DNA of 64,000 bases from the NCBI GenBank assembly GCA_002506365.1, contig DAXK01000025.1, forward strand, positions 34,692 to 98,691, read 5' to 3'. Positions 1 to 9,578 of the stretch are shown here, piece by piece. The position numbers and the translations under genes were made by a program. Each line of letters opens with the position of its first letter. The first letter of the stretch is position 1. A model generated the notes under the pieces. The model ran no database searches. It was not told where the DNA came from and was given only the letters and a program-made list of their open reading frames with translations. The DNA is from an archaeon UBA583. GTDB lineage: Archaea; Nanobdellota; Nanobdellia; Woesearchaeales; UBA583.

Positions 1-2715
1 ATTTAAACTCCAGATAATATTTTCATTGACATCATCACGATTTTTCATAGACATATGATTTGTATATCCGTTTTCATAACCAAATATAGCTCTATTTTCA
101 ATATGGGATAATGAATCATATAAATCTAAACCATCTTGATAGTTTAAAATTCTATCATTTGGGAAACCATTATATAATCTAATTTTATTAACTTCCACAT
201 TTGAAAAATCTATCATAGTATTTGGATTTGTTGCTAAATTATTATAAAAATTCATTAAGTTTAATGAAATTTTATCATGTCCAAAACCCAAAAATATTTT
301 TACCCAACCTGAGCCACCTAAACCTAGAATATTCGCATAATCACTAATCTCCAAATGAGTTAAATTACGTGTATTATTAATAAAATTTATAGCGTAATCT
401 CCAGCATTTAAATTTTCAACATTATTAATATAATATGGATGTACTGGACTACTTCTTGAACCTCTAGTGAAATCAGTATCATTGTTCAAAGTACTAGGAC
501 ATGCAATCCCGAAGAACTTGTCAACAGGCAACTCCGACATATCTACACTTTCCCAAGCACCATCAATTAAAACTTTTCCAGCATTATTTTTCCCATCTTT
601 TGAATACTCATTCAAACTAGATAAAGCAGCACGGCACCCATTACTGTGTCCAACATAATTAATTTGTGGTTTTTCTGAATAATATTGAACTGCGGCAATA
701 CTCGCAGGCCAGTGTGAATTAACTAAATCTCCATAAGTATAATCAGGTGAAGTTTCACTCTCAATATCAGGTCCACCAGTCATCTCCATAAGCCAAACAT
801 TTTGTCCATCTTGAACTAATTCTCTCCCAAAATCTTCAAAAGTATCAATATTACTAAATAAACCTCCACTCATAACAACTGGAGATTTATTTAATTCAAA
901 AGCATCAACAAACCCTTTAGAGTAGTCAATATTTAAATTCTTTAATCTTAATTGAACTTCTTGTTCATAAGATGTGTCTGCTGAATTAGTTTTAACAGTC
1001 TTAACACTTACATCAATATTATTACCATATAAAATGTTCTTAACTTGTGAAGCTAATAATTCATCATTGTTTAAAAAATTTTGACCCAGTCTATCATTAT
1101 TTAAAAAATCTACAACTGACAATCCCAATTTATCATAATTATCAATAATATCTAACTTTGGATTATTCGCAAACATCCAATCCATTTTTTTATTAACTAA
1201 CCTTTTAACTCCAGCAACACTACCAGGAATTCCATTTGAAGCAATTAAAATTAATGAGTTTTTAAATAAAACAGAAGAGGTGTATGGTTCCGTATAATCT
1301 TCATTAATAATTTTTAAGTTTTCTGATTCCTTCATTAAATTTTTCTTAGTTATAGCATTATCACCAACAACTAAATTATAATTAGCATCAAGTCTATTTG
1401 AAACAAGATTAAAATTACTATCTAAATAATCATAAACTACTTTATTAAGTTCGGGATAATTATCTCCAAAATCCACATCAACATATAAATTTAGATTATC
1501 ATAAGTAACCGGCAGTAATAAATAATTATTATTATAATCTTTTTCAAAAACATCTCCTGTAGGATTTATTTGTACATGAAAAAATTCCCCAACTTCAAGA
1601 TTTTTAAATTCGGTAATATTGATTTCATTAATTCCAAATTTAATATTTCTACCAATATGTTTTTCATCAATAATAATTCCTTTAACATTTTGTCTTTTAA
1701 TATTAAAAAATATATTTTCACCAATATTTTCTGAATTAACTTCAAACTTAAAAATATTATTTTCAGTATACACATTATTTGAGTCTATTGATAAATCCGC
1801 ATAACTTGAGATTTTAACTTTTTTCCAATTTTCTGGTGGTTCATAACCAGACTCACAAATTAATTCATTATCATTATTTACTACACAAAGAGTATTTGGC
1901 ATTCCTAAATTAACTGATTTAATATTTTCGGCAGGAAGTGTGTGAGGAAAATTACAATCCAAATTCCCATTTGTCATAATCCCACACACATTCTGACTTC
2001 TACCAACTGAAATTGAATTTAGTTTTTTATTTGTTACATTATATTTTTGTCTAGCATTATTGGACCTATGCCAACAAAAAGCATCATCATAAACATTTAC
2101 TGTACAAAAATAACTATTTTTAGTATCAACTGATTTAACTTTTTCCCAGTTTTTTGGAATATTAAAAAAGTCACCGTTGGAATCCCAACATGTAAGTTTA
2201 TTATTTAAATCAATTACGCAAGTATCAATAACTCCAGCCACAACACTTTGAATATTTGTCTCAAATCCTTGCGGAATTATTGTACTTACTCCACCTGAAA
2301 AACACCCTAACTCATCATTGAGATTAACAATACAAAACAAATAATGACCTACACTCACAGATTTAACATTCTTTTTCCAATAATCAGGAATATCAAAAGA
2401 TAATCTCCCATTCCCACCCCTAGGTCCAATATCATCACAATATAAAGAATTATCGTTTTTAACTACACAAGCAAAACCGTCCCAAACTGAAACTTCTTTA
2501 ACATTAGAATTAAATCCAGGTGGAAATTGTTCTAAAGAAGAACTTCCAGCCCAACACCCAAGTTCATCATTTTGGTTAATTGAACAAACAATTTGAATCC
2601 CTGACGAAGATTCACCAGATGAACCAGAAGCATTACCAACACCAAAAAACATTACAAAAAATACAAAAATGAAACTCATTCTTTTAATTAAATTTAAATT
2701 TAATCCTTTTAACAT
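1..2715 (-). CDS. Secreted RCC1-like repeat + CARDB-like + alpha/beta-hydrolase (lipase-like) protein, runs off the window's left edge
   Basis: Not in the ORF track because no stop lies in the window. My translation from ATG 2715: signal peptide MLKGLNLNLIKRMSFIFVFFVMFFGVGNA; ~7 Cys repeats like VKSVSVGHYLFCIVNLNDELGCF; CARDB-like INPTGDVFEKDYNNN; then PVVMSGGLFS and nucleophile elbow YVGHSNGC (~634-657) in the same frame. Confidence 0.85.
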   Translation of the reverse strand, partial: MLKGLNLNLIKRMSFIFVFFVMFFGVGNASGSSGESSSGIQIVCSINQNDELGCWAGSSSLEQFPPGFNSNVKEVSVWDGFACVVKNDNSLYCDDIGPRGGNGRLSFDIPDYWKKNVKSVSVGHYLFCIVNLNDELGCFSGGVSTIIPQGFETNIQSVVAGVIDTCVIDLNNKLTCWDSNGDFFNIPKNWEKVKSVDTKNSYFCTVNVYDDAFCWHRSNNARQKYNVTNKKLNSISVGRSQNVCGIMTNGNLDCNFPHTLPAENIKSVNLGMPNTLCVVNNDNELICESGYEPPENWKKVKISSYADLSIDSNNVYTENNIFKFEVNSENIGENIFFNIKRQNVKGIIIDEKHIGRNIKFGINEINITEFKNLEVGEFFHVQINPTGDVFEKDYNNNYLLLPVTYDNLNLYVDVDFGDNYPELNKVVYDYLDSNFNLVSNRLDANYNLVVGDNAITKKNLMKESENLKIINEDYTEPYTSSVLFKNSLILIASNGIPGSVAGVKRLVNKKMDWMFANNPKLDIIDNYDKLGLSVVDFLNNDRLGQNFLNNDELLASQVKNILYGNNIDVSVKTVKTNSADTSYEQEVQLRLKNLNIDYSKGFVDAFELNKSPVVMSGGLFSNIDTFEDFGRELVQDGQNVWLMEMTGGPDIESETSPDYTYGDLVNSHWPASIAAVQYYSEKPQINYVGHSNGCRAALSSLNEYSKDGKNNAGKVLIDGAWESVDMSELPVDKFFGIACPSTLNNDTDFTRGSRSSPVHPYYINNVENLNAGDYAINFINNTRNLTHLEISDYANILGLGGSGWVKIFLGFGHDKISLNLMNFYNNLATNPNTMIDFSNVEVNKIRLYNGFPNDRILNYQDGLDLYDSLSHIENRAIFGYENGYTNHMSMKNRDDVNENIIWSLN

Positions 2716-2905
2716 AACACCAACACTCCAAAAAACTTTTATAAATAATTGTATAAATTAACAAATTAAATCAAAATAGGAGTTTATAAAACAATTTAAT
2801 AAACAAAACATTTGAAAATCAAAGTAAATTAAATTAAACAACTCCAATCATAATTTAACAATTACAATTCAAATTTATAAATAAAATAATTATTAAATAT
2901 ATTAA

Positions 2906-5900
2906 ATGGATTTAAAAAAATCTCTCAAAATAATATTTATGCTAACTTTATTTTTTCAAGTAAGTTACGCATTTGATTTAGATTCATTAATTAACTCTTA
3001 CGATTATACTTTTGAAAACGGAGTGGTTAATGTAGTACAAACGCAAGATAGTTTAATTGATACAAATCAAAATAACCTAACAGATAAATTAGAATTTAAT
3101 ATTGAAACAAATATATTTAATTCTAATTTAACAAATTACACAATAAGTGTGATATTAGATAATAAAAATTATATCTCCGAATATGTGAATTTAGAATCGA
3201 CTTTTTCAAAGATTCAAATTCCAACATATTTATTAAATGAAAATCAATATAATTATACAATTGAAATTAAAAATCAATTTAATTCAGTTGTATTTAGAAT
3301 GGATAATTATCAAACACAAATTTTAGATAATTACGAAACAGGATTTAATTTATATTCAACAATAGACAAATTAAATTTAGAAAATGAAATTCAATTCGAC
3401 TTAGAGTTTTCACAAATTCCAGAATTTGAAAATAAACAAGTTACTTTATTTTTAGAATACAATAACCAAACTTTAATTTATTCAAAAGAAGTTTTATTTG
3501 AAAATCCAAATCAATTAATTTCATTTAATATTCCAAAAGAAAATATTTTCCAAACAAAACACACAGGGAAATTTAAGTTAAAATCAATACTAGTAGATAA
3601 TAAAAGAATTTATTTAGATAATTATACAACAGATAGTTATTCATACATTGAATTTACAAATAAAAGTTTTATCACATCACAAGATTACTCTTTAGAAGAT
3701 TTAGATAATAATTCTTTATATGAAAAACTAAATATTAATTTTAACTTAAACATTGTTGAACAATCAAATTATGAAATAACATTTTCATTATTTGACTCAA
3801 ACAATAATTTTGTAAATACTTATTCAATTCAAAATGAATTAACAAATACAAATAATATTTTAACTCACTCATTTGACGGTGAAGAATTTTACAGAACTAA
3901 AATTAATGGACCATACACAATTAAAAATATTTATTTAAAACAAATAAATCAAAATTTAAATACTTCAGAAGTTATTGATGTTTCAAAAAATGAAATTACA
4001 ACTGAGCAAATTTCATACTTACAATTTGAAAAACCAACATTACCTGAATTAAATACTAAATTAATTACAACATTTGATGAATTAACAAATCAAACACAAT
4101 TAATTGTAATTGTAAATAACAATGGAACTTTCCCAGCATTTAATTTTAATTTAGAATTATTTAACTCAAAAGAATTTAGTTTCTCAGATAATATAATGTT
4201 TTTAAATACTGGTGAATCCATTAATTATTCATTTATATTTAACAATACAAATGGGTCTGAATTATATACATCATTAATTGATTCAAATAACTTTGTTGAT
4301 GAACTAAATGAAGAAAACAATCAAAACCAAATTAAAGGAATTGAACAAATTATTGACCAATCAGTTTGTGGACTAGAAAAATTACCAAACAAATTGATTT
4401 TTATAGATAGTAATTGTAATCCAATTATAAACGCTAGAGTAAATCTTCTAAAAGAAACTGGAACATATATTAAATATCTAAGAACAGACTCAAACGGAAT
4501 TGTTGACTTTTCAAATGATATATCACTAAATGGAAATAAATTCCAAATTGACCACAATGGAGCTAAATTTACAACAGAAATAAATAGTTTATTCAATGGT
4601 TCAATAATCCAATCTAAAGCATATTCATTAAAAGTTCTAGATAACAATAATGAACCAATTAAAAATGCGAGAATTAATCTCCTAAAAGAAACTGGGACAT
4701 ACATTAAATATCTAAGAACAAATGAAAATGGAACAGTTACTTTCCAAGTTGTACCAAACGCAAATATGAAGTTCCAAATTGATTACAACGGAGCCAAATA
4801 TTCAATGCCAGTAAACAACGATAATCAAATTAAAATTAATACAAAAGGATATTCACTAAAAGTTCTAGATAACAATAATGGACCAATTTCAAATGCAAGA
4901 GTAAATCTCCTAAAGGAATCAGGAACATATATTAAATATCTAAGAACAGATTCAAACGGAATTGTAACTTTCCAAAATGTACCAAATGCAAAACAACAAT
5001 TTCAAGTTGATTATAACGGAGCTAAATATTCAATGTATGTAAACAATGACACTCAAATTACAATTAATACTAAAGCATACTCTCTAAAAGTTTTAGATAA
5101 TAATAATGAACCAATTAATAATGTAAGAGTAAATCTCCTAAAAGAATCAGGAACATACATTAAATATCTAAGAACAGATTCAAACGGAATTGTAACTTTC
5201 CAAAATGTACCAAATGCAAAACAACAATTTCAAATTGATTACAACGGAGCTAAATATTCGATGTATGTAAACAATGACACTCAAATTACAATTAATACTA
5301 AAGCATACTCCCTAAAAGTTTTAGATAACAATAACAAACCAATTTCAAATGCGAGAGTAAATCTCCTAAAAGAAGCTGGAACATATATTAAATATTTAAG
5401 AACAGACACAAATGGAATTGTCACGTTTCAAAATGTGCCTAATGCAAAACAAAAATTCCAAATTGACCACAACGGAGCTAAATATTCAATACCAGTAAAT
5501 AATGACACTCAAATTACATTAAACACATTAGGATATTCATTAAAAGTTTTAGATAACAATAATGAACCAATTAACAATGTAAGAGTAAACTTACTAAAAG
5601 AATCTGGAACTTACATCAAATATTTAAGAACAGATTCAAATGGAGTTGTAACTTTCCAAAATGTACCAAATGCAAAACAACAATTTCAAATTGACCATAA
5701 TGGAGCAAAATATTCAATACCTGTAAATAACAATTCACAAATCATTATGAATACAAAGGGTTATTCATTAAAAGTTTTAGATAACAATAATGAACCAATT
5801 AATAATGTAAGAGTGAATTTACTAAAAGAGTCTGGGACTTACATCAAATATTTAAGAACAGATTCAAATGGAGTTGTAATTTTCCAAAATGTACCAAATG

Positions 5901-6484
5901 CAAAACAACAATTTCAAATTGACCACAATGGAGCAAAATATTCAATGCCAGTAAATAATGATACACAAATCACAATAAATACAAAAGCATATAGTTTGAA
6001 CCTAATTAATAGTCAAAACCTACCAATTAATAATGCTAGAGTAAATTTATTAAAATCATCAGGAACATACATCAAATACAAAAAAACAAATACAAATGGA
6101 ACAGTAATATTCCAAGTGGTACCAAATGCTAATCACAAATTCCAATTAGATTATAATGGAGATAAATATACTAGCCAATCAGTCTCAAACACAGAACCAA
6201 TTAGTGTTCAAACTTTTTCATTCGGAGGATTATTTGTTGATAGTTCATGTACTCCAACTGAAAATGTAAGATTTAATTTATTAAAAGAATCTGGAACATA
6301 TGTAAAAAATTTAAAAACTAATGGTTTAGGGGAAGGATCTTTTGAAGTTGTTCCAAATGCAAATATGAAAATTCAAGTTGACCATAATAGTCTTAAAGAA
6401 ACAACACAAGTATATTCAATTAATCAAAATACAAATTTAAATATTCAAACTTCACACAATTTAGGATGTTATAATAATTCTTAA
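2906..6484 (+). CDS. Large secreted surface protein with CARDB-like domain and nine beta-rich 76-aa repeats
   Basis: Signal peptide ending VSYA; CARDB-like NNGTFPA...IDSNNFVDELNEENN; repeats resemble carboxypeptidase-regulatory/prealbumin-like sandwiches (V.D.NNEPI.N.RV.L...T..NG). Confidence 0.85.
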   Translation: MDLKKSLKIIFMLTLFFQVSYAFDLDSLINSYDYTFENGVVNVVQTQDSLIDTNQNNLTDKLEFNIETNIFNSNLTNYTISVILDNKNYISEYVNLESTFSKIQIPTYLLNENQYNYTIEIKNQFNSVVFRMDNYQTQILDNYETGFNLYSTIDKLNLENEIQFDLEFSQIPEFENKQVTLFLEYNNQTLIYSKEVLFENPNQLISFNIPKENIFQTKHTGKFKLKSILVDNKRIYLDNYTTDSYSYIEFTNKSFITSQDYSLEDLDNNSLYEKLNINFNLNIVEQSNYEITFSLFDSNNNFVNTYSIQNELTNTNNILTHSFDGEEFYRTKINGPYTIKNIYLKQINQNLNTSEVIDVSKNEITTEQISYLQFEKPTLPELNTKLITTFDELTNQTQLIVIVNNNGTFPAFNFNLELFNSKEFSFSDNIMFLNTGESINYSFIFNNTNGSELYTSLIDSNNFVDELNEENNQNQIKGIEQIIDQSVCGLEKLPNKLIFIDSNCNPIINARVNLLKETGTYIKYLRTDSNGIVDFSNDISLNGNKFQIDHNGAKFTTEINSLFNGSIIQSKAYSLKVLDNNNEPIKNARINLLKETGTYIKYLRTNENGTVTFQVVPNANMKFQIDYNGAKYSMPVNNDNQIKINTKGYSLKVLDNNNGPISNARVNLLKESGTYIKYLRTDSNGIVTFQNVPNAKQQFQVDYNGAKYSMYVNNDTQITINTKAYSLKVLDNNNEPINNVRVNLLKESGTYIKYLRTDSNGIVTFQNVPNAKQQFQIDYNGAKYSMYVNNDTQITINTKAYSLKVLDNNNKPISNARVNLLKEAGTYIKYLRTDTNGIVTFQNVPNAKQKFQIDHNGAKYSIPVNNDTQITLNTLGYSLKVLDNNNEPINNVRVNLLKESGTYIKYLRTDSNGVVTFQNVPNAKQQFQIDHNGAKYSIPVNNNSQIIMNTKGYSLKVLDNNNEPINNVRVNLLKESGTYIKYLRTDSNGVVIFQNVPNAKQQFQIDHNGAKYSMPVNNDTQITINTKAYSLNLINSQNLPINNARVNLLKSSGTYIKYKKTNTNGTVIFQVVPNANHKFQLDYNGDKYTSQSVSNTEPISVQTFSFGGLFVDSSCTPTENVRFNLLKESGTYVKNLKTNGLGEGSFEVVPNANMKIQVDHNSLKETTQVYSINQNTNLNIQTSHNLGCYNNS
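4390..6450 (+). repeat. Intragenic tandem repeat, 228 bp period, about 9 copies
   Basis: Unit starts at 4616, 4844, 5072, 5300, 5528, 5756 and 5984 (exact 228 spacing), plus diverged first and last copies. Confidence 0.95.
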
Positions 6485-6578
6485 ATTTTTTATTTTTTAA
6501 ATTAAATAAACAACAACTACCAAATTAAAATAATTCTTTTTAAACCCAATTCATTGAAATACAATTAGGTAAAACAAA

Positions 6579-7901
6579 ATGTACGATATTATTCTAGGTC
6601 GGTCAAAAGGAGACCAAAAAAAATACGGAAAAAAAGGAACAGTATATATTGGAAAACAATATATTCAAATGGGAAACGAATCCTCATTATCCAATCCAAT
6701 TTATATGGATGTTGCCCGTGCCCACGCAATGCTAATAGTAGGAAAAAGAGGAGGGGGGAAATCCTATACTATGGGATCACTAGCCGAAGGACTAGCAGAT
6801 ATGGAACCAGAAGTTGCTGAAAACTTAGCCTTTGTTTTAATGGATACCATGGGAGTTTATTGGTCAATGAAATACGCCAACGAAAAAGAAGATGAACTTC
6901 TAAAAAGATGGGGACTTGAAGGAAAAGGACTTGATGTTCAAATCTATGTGCCAGGTGGATTTTATAATAAATACAAAGAAGATGGAATCCCAGTAGACTT
7001 CCCACTATACATTCAACCAAGAGAACTTTCGGTTGAAGACTGGATGCAAGTATTTAAATTACAATCAGATAATTTTATTTCAGTAATTATTTCAAAAATT
7101 GTTGGAGACCTTCTAACCACAAATAATAATTTCTCAATTGACGATATTATTAATAAAATTAATTCCTACGACAGAATTGATGATAAAGAAAAACTAACAG
7201 CATCAATGCGTTTTGAAAACACAAAAAACTGGGGAATTTTCTCAACAACAGCTACAAAAATTAAAGACTTACTACACGGAGGAAAAGTAACTGTAATTGA
7301 TTATTCTCCATTTGTAGCTTTACCTGGTGGTTGGGAAGTTAAAGCATTAGTATTAGGACTAATTTCAAAAAAGATTTTTGTAGAAAGAATGCTTGTAAGA
7401 AAAAATGAAGAAAAACAACAAATCTCTGCAAAAACTCAAGTAGTTCAAGAACTAGAAGAAATTGATGATATTCCAATGCCTTGGTTAATTGTAGACGAAG
7501 CACACGAATTCTTACCAAGAGGAGCAGACGATGAAGTTCCATCAAGTAAAGCTCTAATTACAATTCTAAGAGAAGGACGTCAACCAGGAGTAAGTTTAAT
7601 TTTAGCAACACAACAACCAGCTAAAATCCACACTGATGCAATCACACAATCTGACATCGTTTTAGCCCATAGAATTACTGCAAGTTTTGACCTTGAAGCA
7701 CTAGATAAAATCTTTTTATCCTATGATAGTAAAGGAAGTAAAGCACTATTTAACTCAATGCCAAGAACAAAAGGATGTGCAATTATCATGGACGATAAAA
7801 ACGAAAGACTACACACAATGCAAGTTAAACCAAGAATTAGTTGGCACGGTGGAGAAGACCCAAACGCAATCAGAGAAATAGAAGACGAATTTGATTTCTA
7901 A
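6579..7901 (+). CDS. HerA/FtsK/VirB4-superfamily ATPase (DUF87-type)
   Basis: Walker A GKRGGGKS, Walker B LIVDEAHEF, and REGRQPGVSLILATQQP motif. Confidence 0.9.
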   Translation: MYDIILGRSKGDQKKYGKKGTVYIGKQYIQMGNESSLSNPIYMDVARAHAMLIVGKRGGGKSYTMGSLAEGLADMEPEVAENLAFVLMDTMGVYWSMKYANEKEDELLKRWGLEGKGLDVQIYVPGGFYNKYKEDGIPVDFPLYIQPRELSVEDWMQVFKLQSDNFISVIISKIVGDLLTTNNNFSIDDIINKINSYDRIDDKEKLTASMRFENTKNWGIFSTTATKIKDLLHGGKVTVIDYSPFVALPGGWEVKALVLGLISKKIFVERMLVRKNEEKQQISAKTQVVQELEEIDDIPMPWLIVDEAHEFLPRGADDEVPSSKALITILREGRQPGVSLILATQQPAKIHTDAITQSDIVLAHRITASFDLEALDKIFLSYDSKGSKALFNSMPRTKGCAIIMDDKNERLHTMQVKPRISWHGGEDPNAIREIEDEFDF

Positions 7902-7950
7902 AAAAAGACTATTTTAAATTTAATAAAATAAAAATAAATATTTTTTAAAC

Positions 7951-8232
7951 TTACTTAAAACCAATATAATTATCCAAATTAATTTCTTTTCCAATAATAT
8001 GAGTATTTGTAGGAAAATATTTAATATTCCTATCACTCTGACTTCGAACATACCCAATTAACTCACTCGAACGAGCACCAGTTAAAGTAATAGTTTCATT
8101 AAAATCAGATAAATCTAAATCCTTAAAAGAATCAGCAATTAATTTTCCAAGTCCCTTCAAATCAGTATTAAAATTAGCAGGCACAAGCAATATCTCAGAA
8201 TTATTATTATTTAGGTTGTATTTTCTATCCAT
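7951..8232 (-). CDS. Hypothetical protein, 93 aa
   Basis: Fills the gap between genes; ATG start with TATA-like TTTATAAA ~28 nt upstream; no motif recognised. Confidence 0.55.
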   Translation of the reverse strand: MDRKYNLNNNNSEILLVPANFNTDLKGLGKLIADSFKDLDLSDFNETITLTGARSSELIGYVRSQSDRNIKYFPTNTHIIGKEINLDNYIGFK

Positions 8233-8289
8233 CCTAAAAAAAACAACACAACTTTAAACTTTATAAATGTATTCGTGTTACTTATTAGT

Positions 8290-9513
8290 ATGAAAAAAAA
8301 CTCTTTGAAAGCAAAATTAACTGGAATTTTACCAGATGATGTAATTAACAAAGTAAATAGAAGTTTTGAAGTTGTTGGAGACATTGCAATTATTGAAATC
8401 TCTGAAGAACTAGAACAATATGAAAAACAAATTGGAGAAGCTTTACTACAAGTAAATGTTTCACTAAAAACAATTCTAAAAAAATCAGGAATTCACCACG
8501 GAGAATTTAGAACTCAAGATTTAGTATATGTAGCCGGTGTTGAAAAATACGAAACTGAATACTTAGAAAACGGAGTAAGATTTAAACTAAATCCTGGAAG
8601 AGTTTACTTCTCAGCAAGATTATCTACTGAAAGATCAGATCTTATGAGTATGCTTGATGAAAATCAAAGAGTATTAGTAATGTTTAGTGGTGCTGGACCA
8701 TATTCACTAACAGCACTAAAAATGAAACCAAACTTACCACTATTAACAGCTATCGAAATTAATCCTAACGGACACAAATACGCTACAGAAAGTTTAGCCC
8801 TAAATAAAAATATTTTAAAAAAAACAAAACAATACCAAAGTTTTCTAAAATTTGTAAAATCTCATAAACTTCCAGTTTTAGAAAAAAACACACTACCAAT
8901 GTTTAACAAAACAAAAGTAAACTTCATTAATGGAAATGTAAGAATTGAAACAAGAGAATTTCATTCAAAATTTGCTGATAAAAAGATTGAATTTTACGAC
9001 AACAATATTTTTGATTACGAATTTAAAAATATCTATCACATCCTAGACCAACTAAAAGATACTAAGATTAATATCGATGTATCAAAAATTCACAAAATTG
9101 ATGAATTTATTAATTTTTTTATTTTATTTTTCGACAAATTTCAATGGACTGCAAAAATCGAAAATAAAGATTATGTTTTTGAAAACTCAATTGAAAAAGC
9201 AGTATTTTTAGAATATTTAAGAAATCAAGAAAATAGAAAAATCGAAGAATTACACAAATATGATGAAATATATATGCCATTACCAAAAGATGCTGAATTA
9301 TTCCTAGATTGCGCATTTAGAAGTGCTGCTCCAGGTGCAATTGTCCATATGTATGACTTTGTCCATGAAAATGATTTCCCAAGTAAATCAGAAAATGCCG
9401 TAATTAAATCAGCTGAAAAAAATAATGTTAAAGTTGAAATTATTGAAACAAGAAAAGTAGGACAATACTCCCCAAGAAAATATAGAGTGTGCTGCGATTT
9501 CAAAGTTTTATAA
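8290..9513 (+). CDS. trm5: tRNA G37 methyltransferase, Trm5/Taw22 (Met-10+ family), with internal insertions
   Basis: SFEVVGDIAII, GEFR, ENGVRF, VYFSARLSTER, MFSGAGPY, EINP, MPLPK, GQYSPR. ATG 8290 preferred over GTG 8275. Confidence 0.88.
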   Translation: MKKNSLKAKLTGILPDDVINKVNRSFEVVGDIAIIEISEELEQYEKQIGEALLQVNVSLKTILKKSGIHHGEFRTQDLVYVAGVEKYETEYLENGVRFKLNPGRVYFSARLSTERSDLMSMLDENQRVLVMFSGAGPYSLTALKMKPNLPLLTAIEINPNGHKYATESLALNKNILKKTKQYQSFLKFVKSHKLPVLEKNTLPMFNKTKVNFINGNVRIETREFHSKFADKKIEFYDNNIFDYEFKNIYHILDQLKDTKINIDVSKIHKIDEFINFFILFFDKFQWTAKIENKDYVFENSIEKAVFLEYLRNQENRKIEELHKYDEIYMPLPKDAELFLDCAFRSAAPGAIVHMYDFVHENDFPSKSENAVIKSAEKNNVKVEIIETRKVGQYSPRKYRVCCDFKVL

Positions 9514-9578
9514 TAAAACTTTTAATCAAAATTTTAATTCTTTAAAAAATAAAAAACAAATATCTCCACAAGAAATAT

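Noticed and set aside
467..1804. Short ORFs 467-658, 1566-1775 and 1619-1804
   Set aside because: Shadows of the long minus-strand ORF 1-2715.
4390..6450. Tandem repeats as CRISPR or DGR template/variable repeats
   Set aside because: In-frame coding repeats without spacers; differences are not adenine-specific and no reverse transcriptase is present.
8941..9258. Intein or intron in trm5
   Set aside because: No Cys/Ser start with His-Asn end, no LAGLIDADG motif and no evident bulge-helix-bulge.
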